Origin: Octopus bimaculoides
Lineage: Eukaryota
DNA: 64,000 nt
NCBI RefSeq assembly: GCF_001194135.2
Contig: NC_068988.1
Span: 51,482,689 to 51,546,688 of the forward strand
Reading direction: 5' to 3'
Shown here: piece by piece, positions 51,301-63,770 of the stretch
How the letters are laid out: every line of letters begins with the position of its first letter
Numbering within the stretch: position 1 is the stretch's first letter
Notes under the pieces: model-generated
What the model was told of the DNA's origin: nothing
The model's database searches: none
The model's input: only the letters and a program-made list of their open reading frames with translations
Position numbers and translations under genes: made by a program

Positions 51301-51759
51301 TAACAATTTTACATTCAGGTAGACACCTTGTAGCATGCTGTTTAAAGCCTGTTTAGGCTACCTGATGTCATCGACAATGTGAAAGGTATATTCCACTATA
51401 CTTCAGGAATATAGAGGCACAGTACACCACAATTAAAATGGATTGTTATACAAATAAATGAAATGGCTAATAAAAAAAAGAAACAAGCTACCTTTTAACA
51501 AGTTGCCTGAGACACATCTGTGCCTACAGTGTACAGTTGTTTGTACAGCATCTCACCTGTGAGGCACCAATGCACAATGGGTCAAAATGGTCATAATGAA
51601 TAGAGTCTCGTGAATTTCATTTTCTTTCTCTCATATTTACATATATAGTCTTACTCCAAAATACTTTCCATAAGTCTACATAAATATTTTGAATATGTAA
51701 TATCCAGAATATGAGAGAACTGGTGAAGATCTGCATCAAGAAAAATCAGTCTAAAAGGT

Positions 51760-51905
51760 GGTAAGTAGCTTGCTTACGAACCACATGGTTCCAGGTTCAG
51801 TCCCACTGCGTGGCACCTTGGGCAAGTGTCTTCTACTATAGCCTCGGGCCAATCAAAGCCTTGTGAGTGGATTTGGTAGATGGAAACTGAAAGAAGCCCG
51901 TCTTA

Positions 51906-51957
<52 letters not shown>

Positions 51958-52277
51958 TATNNNNNNNNNNNNNNNNNNNNNNNNNNNNNNNNNNNNNNNN
52001 NNNNNNNNNNNNNNNNNNNNNNNNNNNNNNNNNNNNNNNNNNNNNNNNNNNNNNNNNNNNNNNNNNNNNNNNNGTGTGTGTCTGTGTTTGTCCCCCCAAC
52101 ATTGCTTGACAACCGATGCTGGTGTGTTTATGTCCCCGTAACTTAGCGGTTTGGCAAAATAGACTGATAGAATAAGTACTAGGCTTACACAGAATAAGTC
52201 CTGAGGTCAATTTGCTCGACTAAAGGCGTTGCTCCAGCATGGCCACAGTCAAATGACTGAAACAAGTAAAAGAGAAA
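51760..52277 (+). mobile_element. SINE family A with N-gap
   Basis: Head slightly 5'-truncated; tail complete. Confidence 0.9.
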
Positions 52278-53197
52278 AAATAAATAAATAAAAGAGAAAC
52301 TGATAAGTTTGATTGTTTTGATAAGAAAAATTCAGATATCTTGGAATCCTGCTCTTTAATGGAGAATAGAAAAAGATAAAAGCGTTTCTTCTTTCACTGC
52401 TGCTAGTGAGACTAACAACATTTTCTTATTTCCAATGGAGTGCAAGAGCCTGTAATATTAGATATTCTATACCCCTGCACTCAATCTATATCAAGCCTTC
52501 CCTATAACTTAGCTGTGTAACATCCATCTCTCCTTTATCCTGCTAACTATGGTGATATTTCCTCATTAGTGGACCCTATCTTTCATTCTCATGAAACTAA
52601 ATTAACCAACATACAGCAACTTCTCTTACATAAATATACATTTATTACATTTGATGTTTGGTGTAAATCAAAACATTTGTAAAATATATATAAATATAGC
52701 AAATTGTAGAATGGGGTGGGGGGATGATAAAAATATTTTTTTTAAATATAAAGAGATTTGGGGTTATATCTTTCCATAAAAATTTTAAAATATCAGATGA
52801 CAAGTTTTGTGGTGTATCACAGGTCTGGTTCTGATAATGACATGTTGAATTATATGTGATATTGTCTTAATAGATCTGATTTTAATAATTGTTTCTAATT
52901 CAGCATAAGGTCTGCAACCTTTAGGGATGAGGGTTATTCTATTATATCAACCTGCAAAATGACAGGCAAAGTGGGATTTGAACTCAAAACGCAATAGAGT
53001 CAGAACAAATACTACAAAGCATTTTGTCCATTGCTCTGAGGATTCTGTCAATCCAACAACATAGCTGGCTATAATAATGGCATGGTGTGTGGTATCTAGC
53101 CTTTGGCATAAGATCTGTTCCTGATAATGACATGCTGAACAGTGTACAGTCTTTAACATTGACGTGAGGTCCAGTCCAGATAATCCTTTCTCTATTA

Positions 53198-53400
53198 GGC
53201 ACAAGGCCTGAAATTTGGTCAGGAGTGGGGCTAGTTGATTACATTGATCTAAATGCTTAATTGGTACTTACTTCATCGACCTTGAAAGGATGAAAGGTGA
53301 AGTTAATCTCAGTGGCATTTGAACTCAGAATATAAAGACATATGAAATGCTACTGAGTGATTCATCCAACATGCTAACAATTCTGCCAGTTCACCACCTT
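53198..53400 (-). mobile_element. Nin/Deu-like SINE
   Basis: Reverse-complement match to 30031-30232. Confidence 0.75.
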
Positions 53401-55588
53401 TGCTAATAAGGTTAGCATGAGGCTGATGCTCTAACAATTTGGCCATTTCGCTTAATCACCTCCAGTCTAAATAATGGCAGATCACTGGAATTGTCTCTGG
53501 AACAATGATATTTATTTATAGCTCCATAAAATTATTAGGAAGTCATTGGAAGCACTGCTTTTAACTGTTCAAATAATGTCCATGTGTTGATGTGATGGTA
53601 AAAAAACAAAAATGTTAGTTTCAGGTGGTCATTTCCATTGGTTGATAGCACAGGATTCGACTTTGACATGCCTTGTGACATTTATTTATGACTTCTGGCA
53701 AACACACATGTTAGCAGTTTCTAAACGATGTCTTTCATACCAATACTCCCAGTAGAAATATGTCACAGCCAAAAACATCAAAACACCCACAACTGTAACA
53801 GAAGCAATTGTGTTATAGGAGATAAGCAAGTCTGTCTTCTCAGCTTGATATTCATTGGACATCTCTGGAAGAAAATTAAAATTTATGAGAAAACAGGTCA
53901 GTAATTTGGCATTTTAATCTGACATAAAAGTAACAGAGTTCATAAATATTGCATTAATTATCTGAGATTAATTGCAAATCAATTATTTACATTTTTAGAA
54001 ATTTAATTTTACAGCAAGGTCAGACAAACCCCAAAGAGGCAGAAATATACATTGCAGCTCGACCATTTTCATCTTCTGATTTTGTTTTGTGTTTTTTAAC
54101 ACTGTACGTCTTTAAGAGATATCTCAAGACGAATACCACAGATAATTAAACTTTCAACTGTGCATCTACTCTAAGTATGATACAAAGATTTTTACATATA
54201 CAAACAGGAGTTACGGAATTTTATTGGTCAGTATAGCTTGTATAAATAGAAATAAAATGAACTAAGGGAAATAATTCAAATTGGTCAATAACATGACTTT
54301 GGATTATTAATTTCAAGGGTGACGTAGTGAATACTGAGTACAAAGAAAACCAAAATCTCGTAATTGTTAATAAGGCCCAAGGAAGAGGGGAGATAATTTC
54401 AAGTAAATAAGAACCAAGATAACATCTAAGTTTATAGCAATGACTGTTTTATAAATAACAGCTGAGAATCTCATTTAGAGAGAAGGTTATCTGATATACT
54501 GGTTATGGTGCCTCTATTTTGAAAATATATAGAGAGGGAAATAGAGAGATCCGTTCAAAAACTGTATAGCAGCCTCCACGCAATCCTGGTACAACAAGCA
54601 ATAAGCCTAGAATTTGTTCTGGGAGGCGCAAAGTGAAATCACAAAGGATGCATGTCCCAGAACTCTTATGCGGGTTCAGGAGTAAACAACCATTAATGAT
54701 TGGGATGGAAAGTTTAATGATAGTTCCTTCTGATAGGATTCTATACAGGTGTCTGGTGACGCTATCTTCGAGACTTTTCCAGGAATAGAGCGCGAAGAAG
54801 CTGGATGGATGAATGAATGAATGGTTGGCTGGTTGGGCTTTTTAAAAAGAGAAATAAGTTGTAAGGATTTTGCTTTTTTAAAAATAAATTGCCAATGTAA
54901 AATATCTAAACTTTAATTGCGAATTGAAACGTAGGTATTAGGAGAACGTCAGTAAAAATAACAATTAAAAAGAGCTAATAAAAAATGTCGCTGTAGTGGA
55001 GTGTCCAATAACCACAATTTTCTTGTTCCGTTACAGTAGTTACATATCACTAATAATTCTCTAGAAACACACCTTAGCTCGATCGTACAACACACCAAAC
55101 AATACCTGTTGATTTAAATACTATCCAAAAGTAATAGCCACGAACGACTACGCCTTAACGGACGACTAATTTGATTATACTCTTCCTCTAAAGAAATGGT
55201 GCCTGAGTCAAAACTAAGTTCTACTGAAAAGTAAACTTCTCATTGAAATAAGTAATAATAATAAGCATCTATAAACTGTGATAGTTTGCAAACCAAAGAT
55301 GTAAATATTCAGTGGTCTATCAAATATACGTGGCCTAATGGTTAATGCATTGAGCTCAAGTGGCTTCGATTTCTGGATTAGGCAGCAAGTTGTAGTCTTG
55401 CAAGGCACTTTATTTCACGTTGTTCCACTCTACTCACGCTTTCTCACTTTCCCTTCAGGTGTTATATCCGGCAGATAGATTAAGAATAAGAGAGCTGAAA
55501 GTGTCCGTGTCTGCTGAATAACAATTAGGGAAAACCTAGCATATGCTACTAGATCACACTCGCTCTCAAGAAATAGCTATGGTTCTTA

Positions 55589-55657
55589 TAGTGGTCCAAG
55601 GGAAAAATCACTTCTCAGCCTTTTGGCTAAGATCAAATCGTAGTGGTCCAAGGGAAA
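55589..55657 (+). pseudogene. 3'-truncated U2 snRNA retrocopy (U2 nt 1 to ~37) with 17-bp TSD
   Basis: ATCACTTCTCAGCCTTTTGGCTAAGATCAA at 55607-55636 matches U2 nt 1-30 (ATCGCTTCTCGGCCTTTTGGCTAAGATCAA) with two CG>CA changes. Flanked by tagtggtccaagggaaa at 55589-55605 and 55641-55657. Confidence 0.9.
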
Positions 55658-57459
55658 TAACTCTCAACTCTTACTAATTGTTAAAAGTCAATTTTTGTTT
55701 ACTTTATATATTCACCCCTTTTATTCCTGTAAAGGTGAAGGAGTCAAAACATCAGAGAAATCACACACAACCATCTAAAAATGGAAGGACTGACTAAATA
55801 ATATTAGGGATACAATATGTCTGAAAACATGGCCGGAGAATGCTTTACCTTAGAGTTTTATCAGATTGGGACCAACTCTGCGCTATACCAAAAGATCAGC
55901 TGTTCTGCTACTGAATGATTTCAAAAGAATATGAATTATTGAGAAAATTAAGGGTTTTTTTTTTTGTTTTGTTTTGTTTTTTGTCAGAATCAAAATTGTT
56001 TTCTTTCCTTCTAATCTTTATTCATGATCTGTATTTTAAAATAGAAATTATTGAAACAATTCTTTACACTATTTAAAAACATTCAGTAACGTGCAACATT
56101 TTATTCGGGGGTATTGTAGCCCTTATTAATTTCCAAACNNNNNNNNNNTCTCTACTTGCTGGGTCACGAAGAAAAAGCAGTGTCTCAAAATCGGAATCTT
56201 ATTTCTTTTTTGCTAGTACTGGTCTCGATCTCGGAGAGCCTGCAAAAAAGAAATAAGATTCCGATTCTGTGTGCTCTGCGTTCATATCCTGTCAGGGGCA
56301 CTCAGACTTATTCCGTCGTCCGGTTTAACACCATTAGCTGTCACTTGATGCAAACGTTCGTGTAAAGTCTCTGGTTTGAGGATACCGTCCTCTCTCCTTC
56401 CTTCAAATATCAGAGGCCCCTGAAAAGGGTCATGGTACTACCCTTCTTTCTTGATTATGAAACAAACCATCAAAAACGGTGAAAATCCTCATTCACAATA
56501 TCATAAAAATGTAATGATATTCATAATTTACACACGCGTGAAGCCATGCGATCTCATGATTGGGATACTGGGTACATGATCATAAGATCGTAGATTCGGT
56601 TCTTGAACTAATTTTATCTACATACTCCCATGCTCCAGGACATGACACTAAGTTATGCTCTATGCAATCTTATAAGACTAAGAAGTCAAATAAGCTTTAA
56701 AATCAAATAAAGGGAGATTATTTATTCAATTGCCACGTTTACACATACAAATGGCTCTACAAGCTAACACGGGAACCTCTACACTTACATTTGACGTACG
56801 AGAAATAGTAACATTCCGTCCATCCCCTTATCCATTTAATATTTCTTGGAGGGTCATTGGGATAGAGTGCTCAAGCCAGTCTCTTCTTCCATATTCTAAT
56901 CACATGCACGTAAGTAGATGAGTTGTGATATTTCGATGTGAAGAAGTAGCAACACGACCAAGAGAAACTCCCTTATCTCTGTATCATGCACCCTGGAGAT
57001 ACTCACTTCAAGTAGCAACTAAATATAAATCCCTCAAATTATAAGCCCCCTATATTCTTAAAAAAGAGCGCGCGTGAGAGAGTGTGGGGAGGAGAGAACT
57101 TGGATAACATAGTTCTGGATATATTATGTTTGAATAAAAGATGAAATGATTACTGCTGGAATGCCGAAAATCGTAATTCTGCTTGAACAAAATTAAACAA
57201 TGAATGGATTAATAAAATGTGTTTAAATCTTGTTTATTCAGAATATCTTTGGTTATAATTTGTTGAACTATATTAATACACTAAAAGATGACACTTACTA
57301 AATCACTTAGTTGACAGAGAGCGCCGATACATCTATTATGTTGATAGGAACTCATATGACACTGCTTGCAAGGGAATTTCAATTTTAATTGCCAAATTTT
57401 GAAATAAAATGGATTTCTTCCCCCCACCTCTCTCTTCCTTTTACTCATTTCCCTGGTAA

Positions 57460-57945
57460 CCGATTGACGAGTTTAGTCGAACATGTCGATCTCAGTACTT
57501 ATTTTTGAAGTCTGGTACTTATTCTATCCTCACCTTTAACTGAATTGCTGGGTTAAGTGAATTGCTAAGTTACTGGGACATAAATAAACCAACGCTGGTT
57601 GCCAGAGACAACCACATACATACATACATACATACATACATGCTGCTACACAGTTATTGTCAGCTATATTCACTCACAAGGCATTGCTTAGTCCAGGGCA
57701 GCAGTAGTTGCCCAAGGTGCCACACAGTAGAAACAAACCCATAACCATGTCTTTGCAGAGCGAGCTTCTTAACCATATCTAAGAATATTAAAATATCTTT
57801 TTCAAAATCGAAGTTAGTTTTGAGAATGGAGTTCAATATATTTTCCACCACCCAGTTTTAATGGAAGAATCAAAAGAAACAACAACAAAACGTAGAATAC
57901 ACCCAGGGAAGTAAAAGAATGTTGACAGAAAGAAAGGGGGACAGC

Positions 57946-58000
<55 letters not shown>

Positions 58001-58155
58001 GACAGGCTTCTTTCAATTTACATCTACCAAATCCACTCACAAGGCTTTTATTGGCCTGAGGCTATAGTAGAAGACACTTGCCCAAGGTTCCAGGCAGTAG
58101 GACTGAACCCAGAACCAAATGGCTGGTAAGCAAGCTACTTACCATACAGCCATAC
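57460..58155 (-). mobile_element. Two adjacent SINE A copies (57460-57790 degenerate; 57990-58155 head)
   Basis: Reverse-complement matches to family A modules with (CA)n and (CATA)n. Confidence 0.7.
57948..57997. repeat. (CA)n microsatellite (one of many CA/TG/TA tracts)
   Basis: Also at ~4237-4270, 22190-22270, 23315-23350, 26505-26543 and 63160-63200. Confidence 0.97.
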
Positions 58156-58639
58156 ATTGTCCATGGTAAACTTCTTTTTTAAAAAATGGCTGTGTGATTT
58201 GAGAGAGATTTAGTTGCTATTTCTAACGGATCAAGCAACTATGTAGAATCTTCCTCATTGGCTTAAGAAATGGCACCCTTTTCTTTTTGTTTTGCTTGTT
58301 AGAAAGTGCTGTGCCCAGAGATAGCATTCACATGCCCTCTGAGAGCATTCGTGTGTCTCTTGATTTGATGAGATACAACATTGATGATACCCATTGTCCT
58401 ATTCTCAAATGAAAGCACCAGTATCTCCAAGTGTATCAAAGGCCTCAAACATGTTTTAGGAAACCCTACTTTGTTTTCTTGCTGACTAAATAAACAGTAT
58501 CTTTGTGACTATTGTTTCTAGAAAAGTTACAGAGAAAACTATGGGGTCTGGTTTATCCTAAATAATCAATTCAGCAGAACATTTTTTTTTTTTTTTTTGC
58601 ATTAATAAACCATGAAGATACCACATCAGCATCTTATGT

Positions 58640-58870
58640 TGTACTAATGACATAGCAGCATTGTCGCCTGGTATACAGAGGACACACAGCATCAGTGTCT
58701 CTTATTAGACAGAGGATACAGGGCACCATTGACTCATTGTCTCCTTCAGTACAGAGGTCACACAGCACCATTGTCTCCTGAAGTGCAAAAAAAAACACAA
58801 CATCAGTGTCTCCTATGATATAGAGGACATTCAGTGTCTCTTGCTGTACAGTGCCGACAGAGCTTCAGTG
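58640..58870. repeat. Degenerate ~33-bp minisatellite (acagaggacacacagcatcagtgtctcc)
   Basis: About 6 diverged units read by eye. Confidence 0.7.
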
Positions 58871-59617
58871 ATTCCTATCACATAGCATGGTGACATTAAA
58901 ATCTACAGACAAGAGAACTGTCAAAGATAAAAAGAAAGTCGGTTTGAATTGAACAGATTGTTAAGAAATTGTGTCACATGTTTTAGATATTGATCTGCAC
59001 CAAGTGATAACAACTTTGTGTGTGTGTGTTGCACTGATAGTACGTATATTCTGGTGGTGATGGTGGTGGTAAATATATTTCCTGTAGTGATAGCGCTTTT
59101 AGAATCAATAAAGAATTCACTGGCTTGCAGTACTGAATTGTATTCTGCTTGTAATTATTCCCCAATGCATAATTGGAACCTTTTCTATTGACCAAGGAGT
59201 CAATCCAAGCAGGACTTGAACTCATGAAAAAATTATTGCATTTGTTAACTTAGAAAAACACTTCAGAAACTCTGATACTATGTAAGTGGGCAATGAGAAA
59301 GCTGGATGTGTGTGAAATACTTGTAAGAGATGCCTTGGCTGTGTAACAATGTGTTACTATTTGGGTCAAAATAAATATCAAGGAATTTTAATGTTTTATT
59401 GAGTATGTTTTGCAATGGCTGTCATCTTAACGTTCTTTATTATCAAGCTATCACTTGTTCCTCAACCTATTCATTCGAAAAGAGCAAGTGATATTTGTAG
59501 CTACAATGTGAAATAGTGTGGAATTTTAGATTACTCCTACTTCTGTCAGCAACAAAAAATATCCATATATACAAAAGAAAAGATAGACTATGTGAAGCAT
59601 TCATAAGAAGGGTGGGG

Positions 59618-60386
59618 TTAACCCTTTAGTATTTAAACTGGCCATATCCAGCNNNNNNNNNNNNNNNNNNNNNNNNNNNNNNNNNNNNNNNNNNNNNNNN
59701 NNNNNNNNNNNNNNNNNNNNNNNNNNNNNNNNNNNNNNNNNNNNNNNNNNNNNNNNNNNNNNNNNNNNNNNNNNNNNNNNNNNNNNNNNNNNNNNNNNNN
59801 NNNNNNNNNNNNNNNNNNNNNNNNNNNNNNNNNNNNNNNNNNNNNNNNNNNNNNNNNNNNNNNNNNNNNNNNNNNNNNNNNNNNNNNNNNNNNNNNNNNN
59901 NNNNNNNNNNNNNNNNNNNNNNNNNNNNNNNNNNNNNNNNNNNNNNNNNNNNNNNNNNNNNNNNNNNNNNNNNNNNNNNNNNNNNNNNNNNNNNNNNNNN
60001 NNNNNNNNNNNNNNNNNNNNNNNNNNNNNNNNNNNNNNNNNNNNNNNATATATATGTATGTGTGTTTGTGTGTCTGTATTTGTCTCCCCACCATCGCTTG
60101 ACAACCGATGCTGGTGTGTTTACGTCCCCATAATTTAGCGGTTCGGCAAAAAGAGACTGATAGAATAAGTACTAGGCTTACAAAGAATAAGTCCTGGGGT
60201 CAATTTTCTCAACTAAAGGCGGTGCTCCAGCATGGCCGCAGTCAAATGACTGAAACAAGTAAAAGAGTAAAAGAGTAATGTCATCATCATAAATTGGAAG
60301 CTATAAGATAAAGCATGATTAATCGAAAACAATATGAATAAATAAGCATTACATTTAACAGACTGATCTGAATACTAAAGGGTTAA
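59618..60386. mobile_element. piggyBac-type MITE carrying a nested SINE A (60048-60278) and an N-gap
   Basis: TTAA+ccctttagtatt ... aatactaaaggg+TTAA: perfect 12-bp TIR with TTAA TSD. Confidence 0.8.
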
Positions 60387-60524
60387 ACAGCAGTTATTAT
60401 GGTTGCTGTTGTTATTTTAACCCCATAACAACCCTGATTTTAACAGATTTCGTTTTTATCAAAGTTATTCTAGTTGCAATCATCTCATCTTTCTTAGGCG
60501 TGCCTACATTATCTAATAGTGAAG

Positions 60525-60850
60525 GTGCATGGCACAGTGATTAGAGCATCAGGCCCACAATCATGAGGTAGTGAGTTCAATTCTCAGAGGGAGTTGTGTG
60601 TTGTGTTCTTGAGCAAGACACTTTATTTCATATTGCTCCAGTTCACACAGCTGTAGAAATGAGTTGTGACATCACTGGTGCCAAACTGTATTGGCTTTTG
60701 CCTTTCCATTGGATAACATCAGTGGCATGAAGAGTGGAGGCTGGTATGCATGTGAGATTGCTGGTCTTCCATAAAAACAACCTTGCCCAGACTTGTGCCT
60801 CAGAGTGGAACTTTCTAATTGTGATTCCATGATTATTCATGACCAAAGGT
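60525..60850 (+). mobile_element. tRNA-derived SINE family D
   Basis: Colinear with 28200-28525. Confidence 0.85.
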
Positions 60851-61599
60851 CTTTACCTTTTACATTATCTAATGTAGGACTACATTTTTAAATAAGATGG
60901 TAGGTTAAAGAGTAAATGACATCAGTGGCTACATTGGAGTGAATTTTTTGAATAACTTCTCCATATGTTAGGAACAAAAACAAGTTTTTGTCTATGTGCA
61001 AAAGACAGAAGTTGACTCATCTATGTAGAAATATACACAGATGATCTAGAATGAATGGGAAGGAATGACTTGATTAGAATTGGTTAGAGTCAATTGAAAA
61101 TGTTATATTAATTAATAACTAAGGTTAATCTCAAAGGATTTTTTTAGCTCTTTGTTAGGAAATGGCGCAGTGCTTATGATCTTTTACAAAGCCTCCAAAA
61201 CTGGTGAGAGAGAGTGAGGAAGTTAGCCTCAAACAGGTGACCTAGCCTGATTGTTTAATCTAAAATGACTACCACCATCACCACCACCACCACCAGGCAC
61301 TCAAGGCATCATGTAGTGGTGGTGGTGGACTAGGTGGATTAAAGGATTGAAACAAGCATCCAGTATGATGTCTGATTTTGTTGCAGTCCTGCCAATCCAC
61401 TGCTCAGGTTTGGTATGTTTTTTTTTTTTTTAATCAAACTCAAAAGAATGGAAATCAAAGTTGATGTCAGTAGAATTTGAACTCAGTGTGGACAGACTCA
61501 AAACAGGTGCCACATAACATTCCAGCCAACAAACACCCCTAGCAGTTCTACCAATTCACTGCCTTAAGTGAATTGGCATCGAAGACTTTGGTTATCTTT

Positions 61600-62715
61600 A
61601 TCCTTTATCAGTTACTTGTTTCGGTCATTGGACTGCAGTCATACTGGGGCACAGACTCGAAAAAGTTTAGGTGAATGAATTGACTGCAGTACTTNNNNNN
61701 NNNNNNNNNNNNNNNNNNNNNNNNNNNNNNNNNNNNNNNNNNNNNNNNNNNNNNNNNNNNNNNNNNNNNNNNNNNNNNNNNNNNNNNNNNNNNNNNNNNN
61801 NNNNNNNNNNNNNNNNNNNNNNNNNNNNNNNNNNNNNNNNNNNNNNNNNNNNNNNNNNNNNNNNNNNNNNNNNNNNNNNNNNNNNNNNNNNNNNNNNNNN
61901 NNNNNNNNNNNNNNNNNNNNNNNNNNNNNNNNNNNNNNNNNNNNNNNNNNNNNNNNNNNNNNNNNNNNNNNNNNNNNNNNNNNNNNNNNNNNNNNNNNNN
62001 NNNNNNNNNNNNNNNNNNNNNNNNNNNNNNNNNNNNNNNNNNNNNNNNNNNNNNNNNNNNNNNNNNNNNNNNNNNNNNNNNNNNNNNNNNNNNNNNNNNN
62101 NNNNNNNNNNNNNNNNNNNNNNNNNNNNNNNNNNNNNNNNNNNNNNNNNNNNNNNNNNNNNNNNNNNNNNNNNNNNNNNNNNNNNNNNNNNNNNNNNNNN
62201 NNNNNNNNNNNNNNNNNNNNNNNNNNNNNNNNNNNNNNNNNNNNNNNNNNNNNNNNNNNNNNNNNNNNNNNNNNNNNNNNNNNNNNNNNNNNNNNNNNNN
62301 NNNNNNNNNNNNNNNNNNNNNNNNNNNNNNNNNNNNNNNNNNNNNNNNNNNNNNNNNNNNNNNNNNNNNNNNNNNNNNNNNNNNNNNNNNNNNNNNNNNN
62401 NNNNNNNNNNNNNNNNNNNNNNNNNNNNNNNNNNNNNNNNNNNNNNNNNNNNNNNNNNNNNNNNNNNNNNNNNNNNNNNNNNNNNNNNNNNNNNNNNNNN
62501 NNNNNNNNNNNNNNNNNNNNNNNNNNNNNNNNNNNNNNNNNNNNNNNNNNNNNNNNNNNNNNNNNNNNNNNNNNNNNNNNNNNNNNNNATATATATATAT
62601 ATATAATGGGCTTTTTAAAGTTTCTGTCTACCAAGACTCTTGCCCAAGGTGCCACACAGTGGGACTGAATCCAGAACCATGTGATTGAAAAGCAAGCTTC
62701 TCACTACACAGCTCC
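61600..62715 (-). mobile_element. SINE family A spanning the largest N-gap
   Basis: Tail fragment before and head after the gap 61695-62588. Confidence 0.7.
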
Positions 62716-63160
62716 ACTAGCAGCTGTTAATCAACCAGACTCAGAAATCCAAGACCATCACACATAGCAGATCTTTAATACTATCCAATGTGTAATTCTT
62801 GTCTGAAGATGGTAGGTATAGTTTAAAGGAGATTTCACTGCTATTCTCAGTAAATCAAATGATTACACAGGTACTTCCTAGGTCGACATGCACATGGACT
62901 GGTGACTGTGGTGTAAATGAATGATTACTGTAATGTTGGTTGTTACTGGTAATTATTGAGCAATGAAGTGTTGTGTAGTAACTGTTATGTTAGACATGAG
63001 ATCATTGGACCTCACAGATCAGAAGTGACAGGAACAAGCAGGTGGTGCTAGCATTAAGAAATCAATGGTATATATGCTTCTGCCTTCCAATTTTCAGCCA
63101 GAAGCAAATGGATTATGCATGCACACATGCATACCCGCACACATGCATGCATGCGCACAT

Positions 63161-63203
<43 letters not shown>

Positions 63204-63301
63204 TCAGATGCATATACTACATCTTATTGAAATTTAAATTTCTGTAATGCCCTTTACAATATCATTAGCATTTCTCCTGTTATCTAATACTCAACAGCCT
63301 T

Positions 63302-63302
63302 A

Positions 63303-63349
<47 letters not shown>

Positions 63350-63372
63350 TAATAATAACGATAATGATAATG

Positions 63373-63403
<31 letters not shown>

Positions 63404-63437
63404 CAATAACAATAATAATAATAATAATAATGATAAT
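63302..63437. repeat. Long imperfect (AAT)n microsatellite
   Basis: About 45 units with AAC/GAT variants; shorter (AAT)n tracts at 21503-21543 and 21776-21805. Confidence 0.97.
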
Positions 63438-63654
63438 AGTAATTTTTTTTAAAAGGTTGAAATTCTGATGTTAGTTTCTGAAGGTTAAGATTGGTCCAGA
63501 AAGGAACTGAAATGATTCTGTGTTATTTACAAGATTAACACACCGGATGGGTGTTTAGACTCTTATTATTATTAGTCTACACCCACTCCTAACCTACAAC
63601 CATGAAGACGTACTAGTTATTATGTAGTTAGCATGTGGTTATTGTGTGGTTAAT

Positions 63655-63770
63655 GAATAATTATTGTGCAGTTACATATGTAGCTATTATTTGATAAATA
63701 TGACGCTATTGTGCAGCTAATATGGAGTTATTGTGCAGTTAGTACAGAGTTATTGTGCAGCTAACATGGA
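63655..63770. repeat. Degenerate ~22-bp tandem repeat (ttattgtgcagYta)
   Basis: 4 clear copies of tattgtgcag. Confidence 0.7.

Noticed and set aside
386-63247. Nearly all ORFs in the supplied track, including the long X-containing ones
   Set aside because: They are translations of microsatellites (YIYI, HTHT, CVCV), SINEs or N-gaps; the real coding exons are too short to appear except as fragments.
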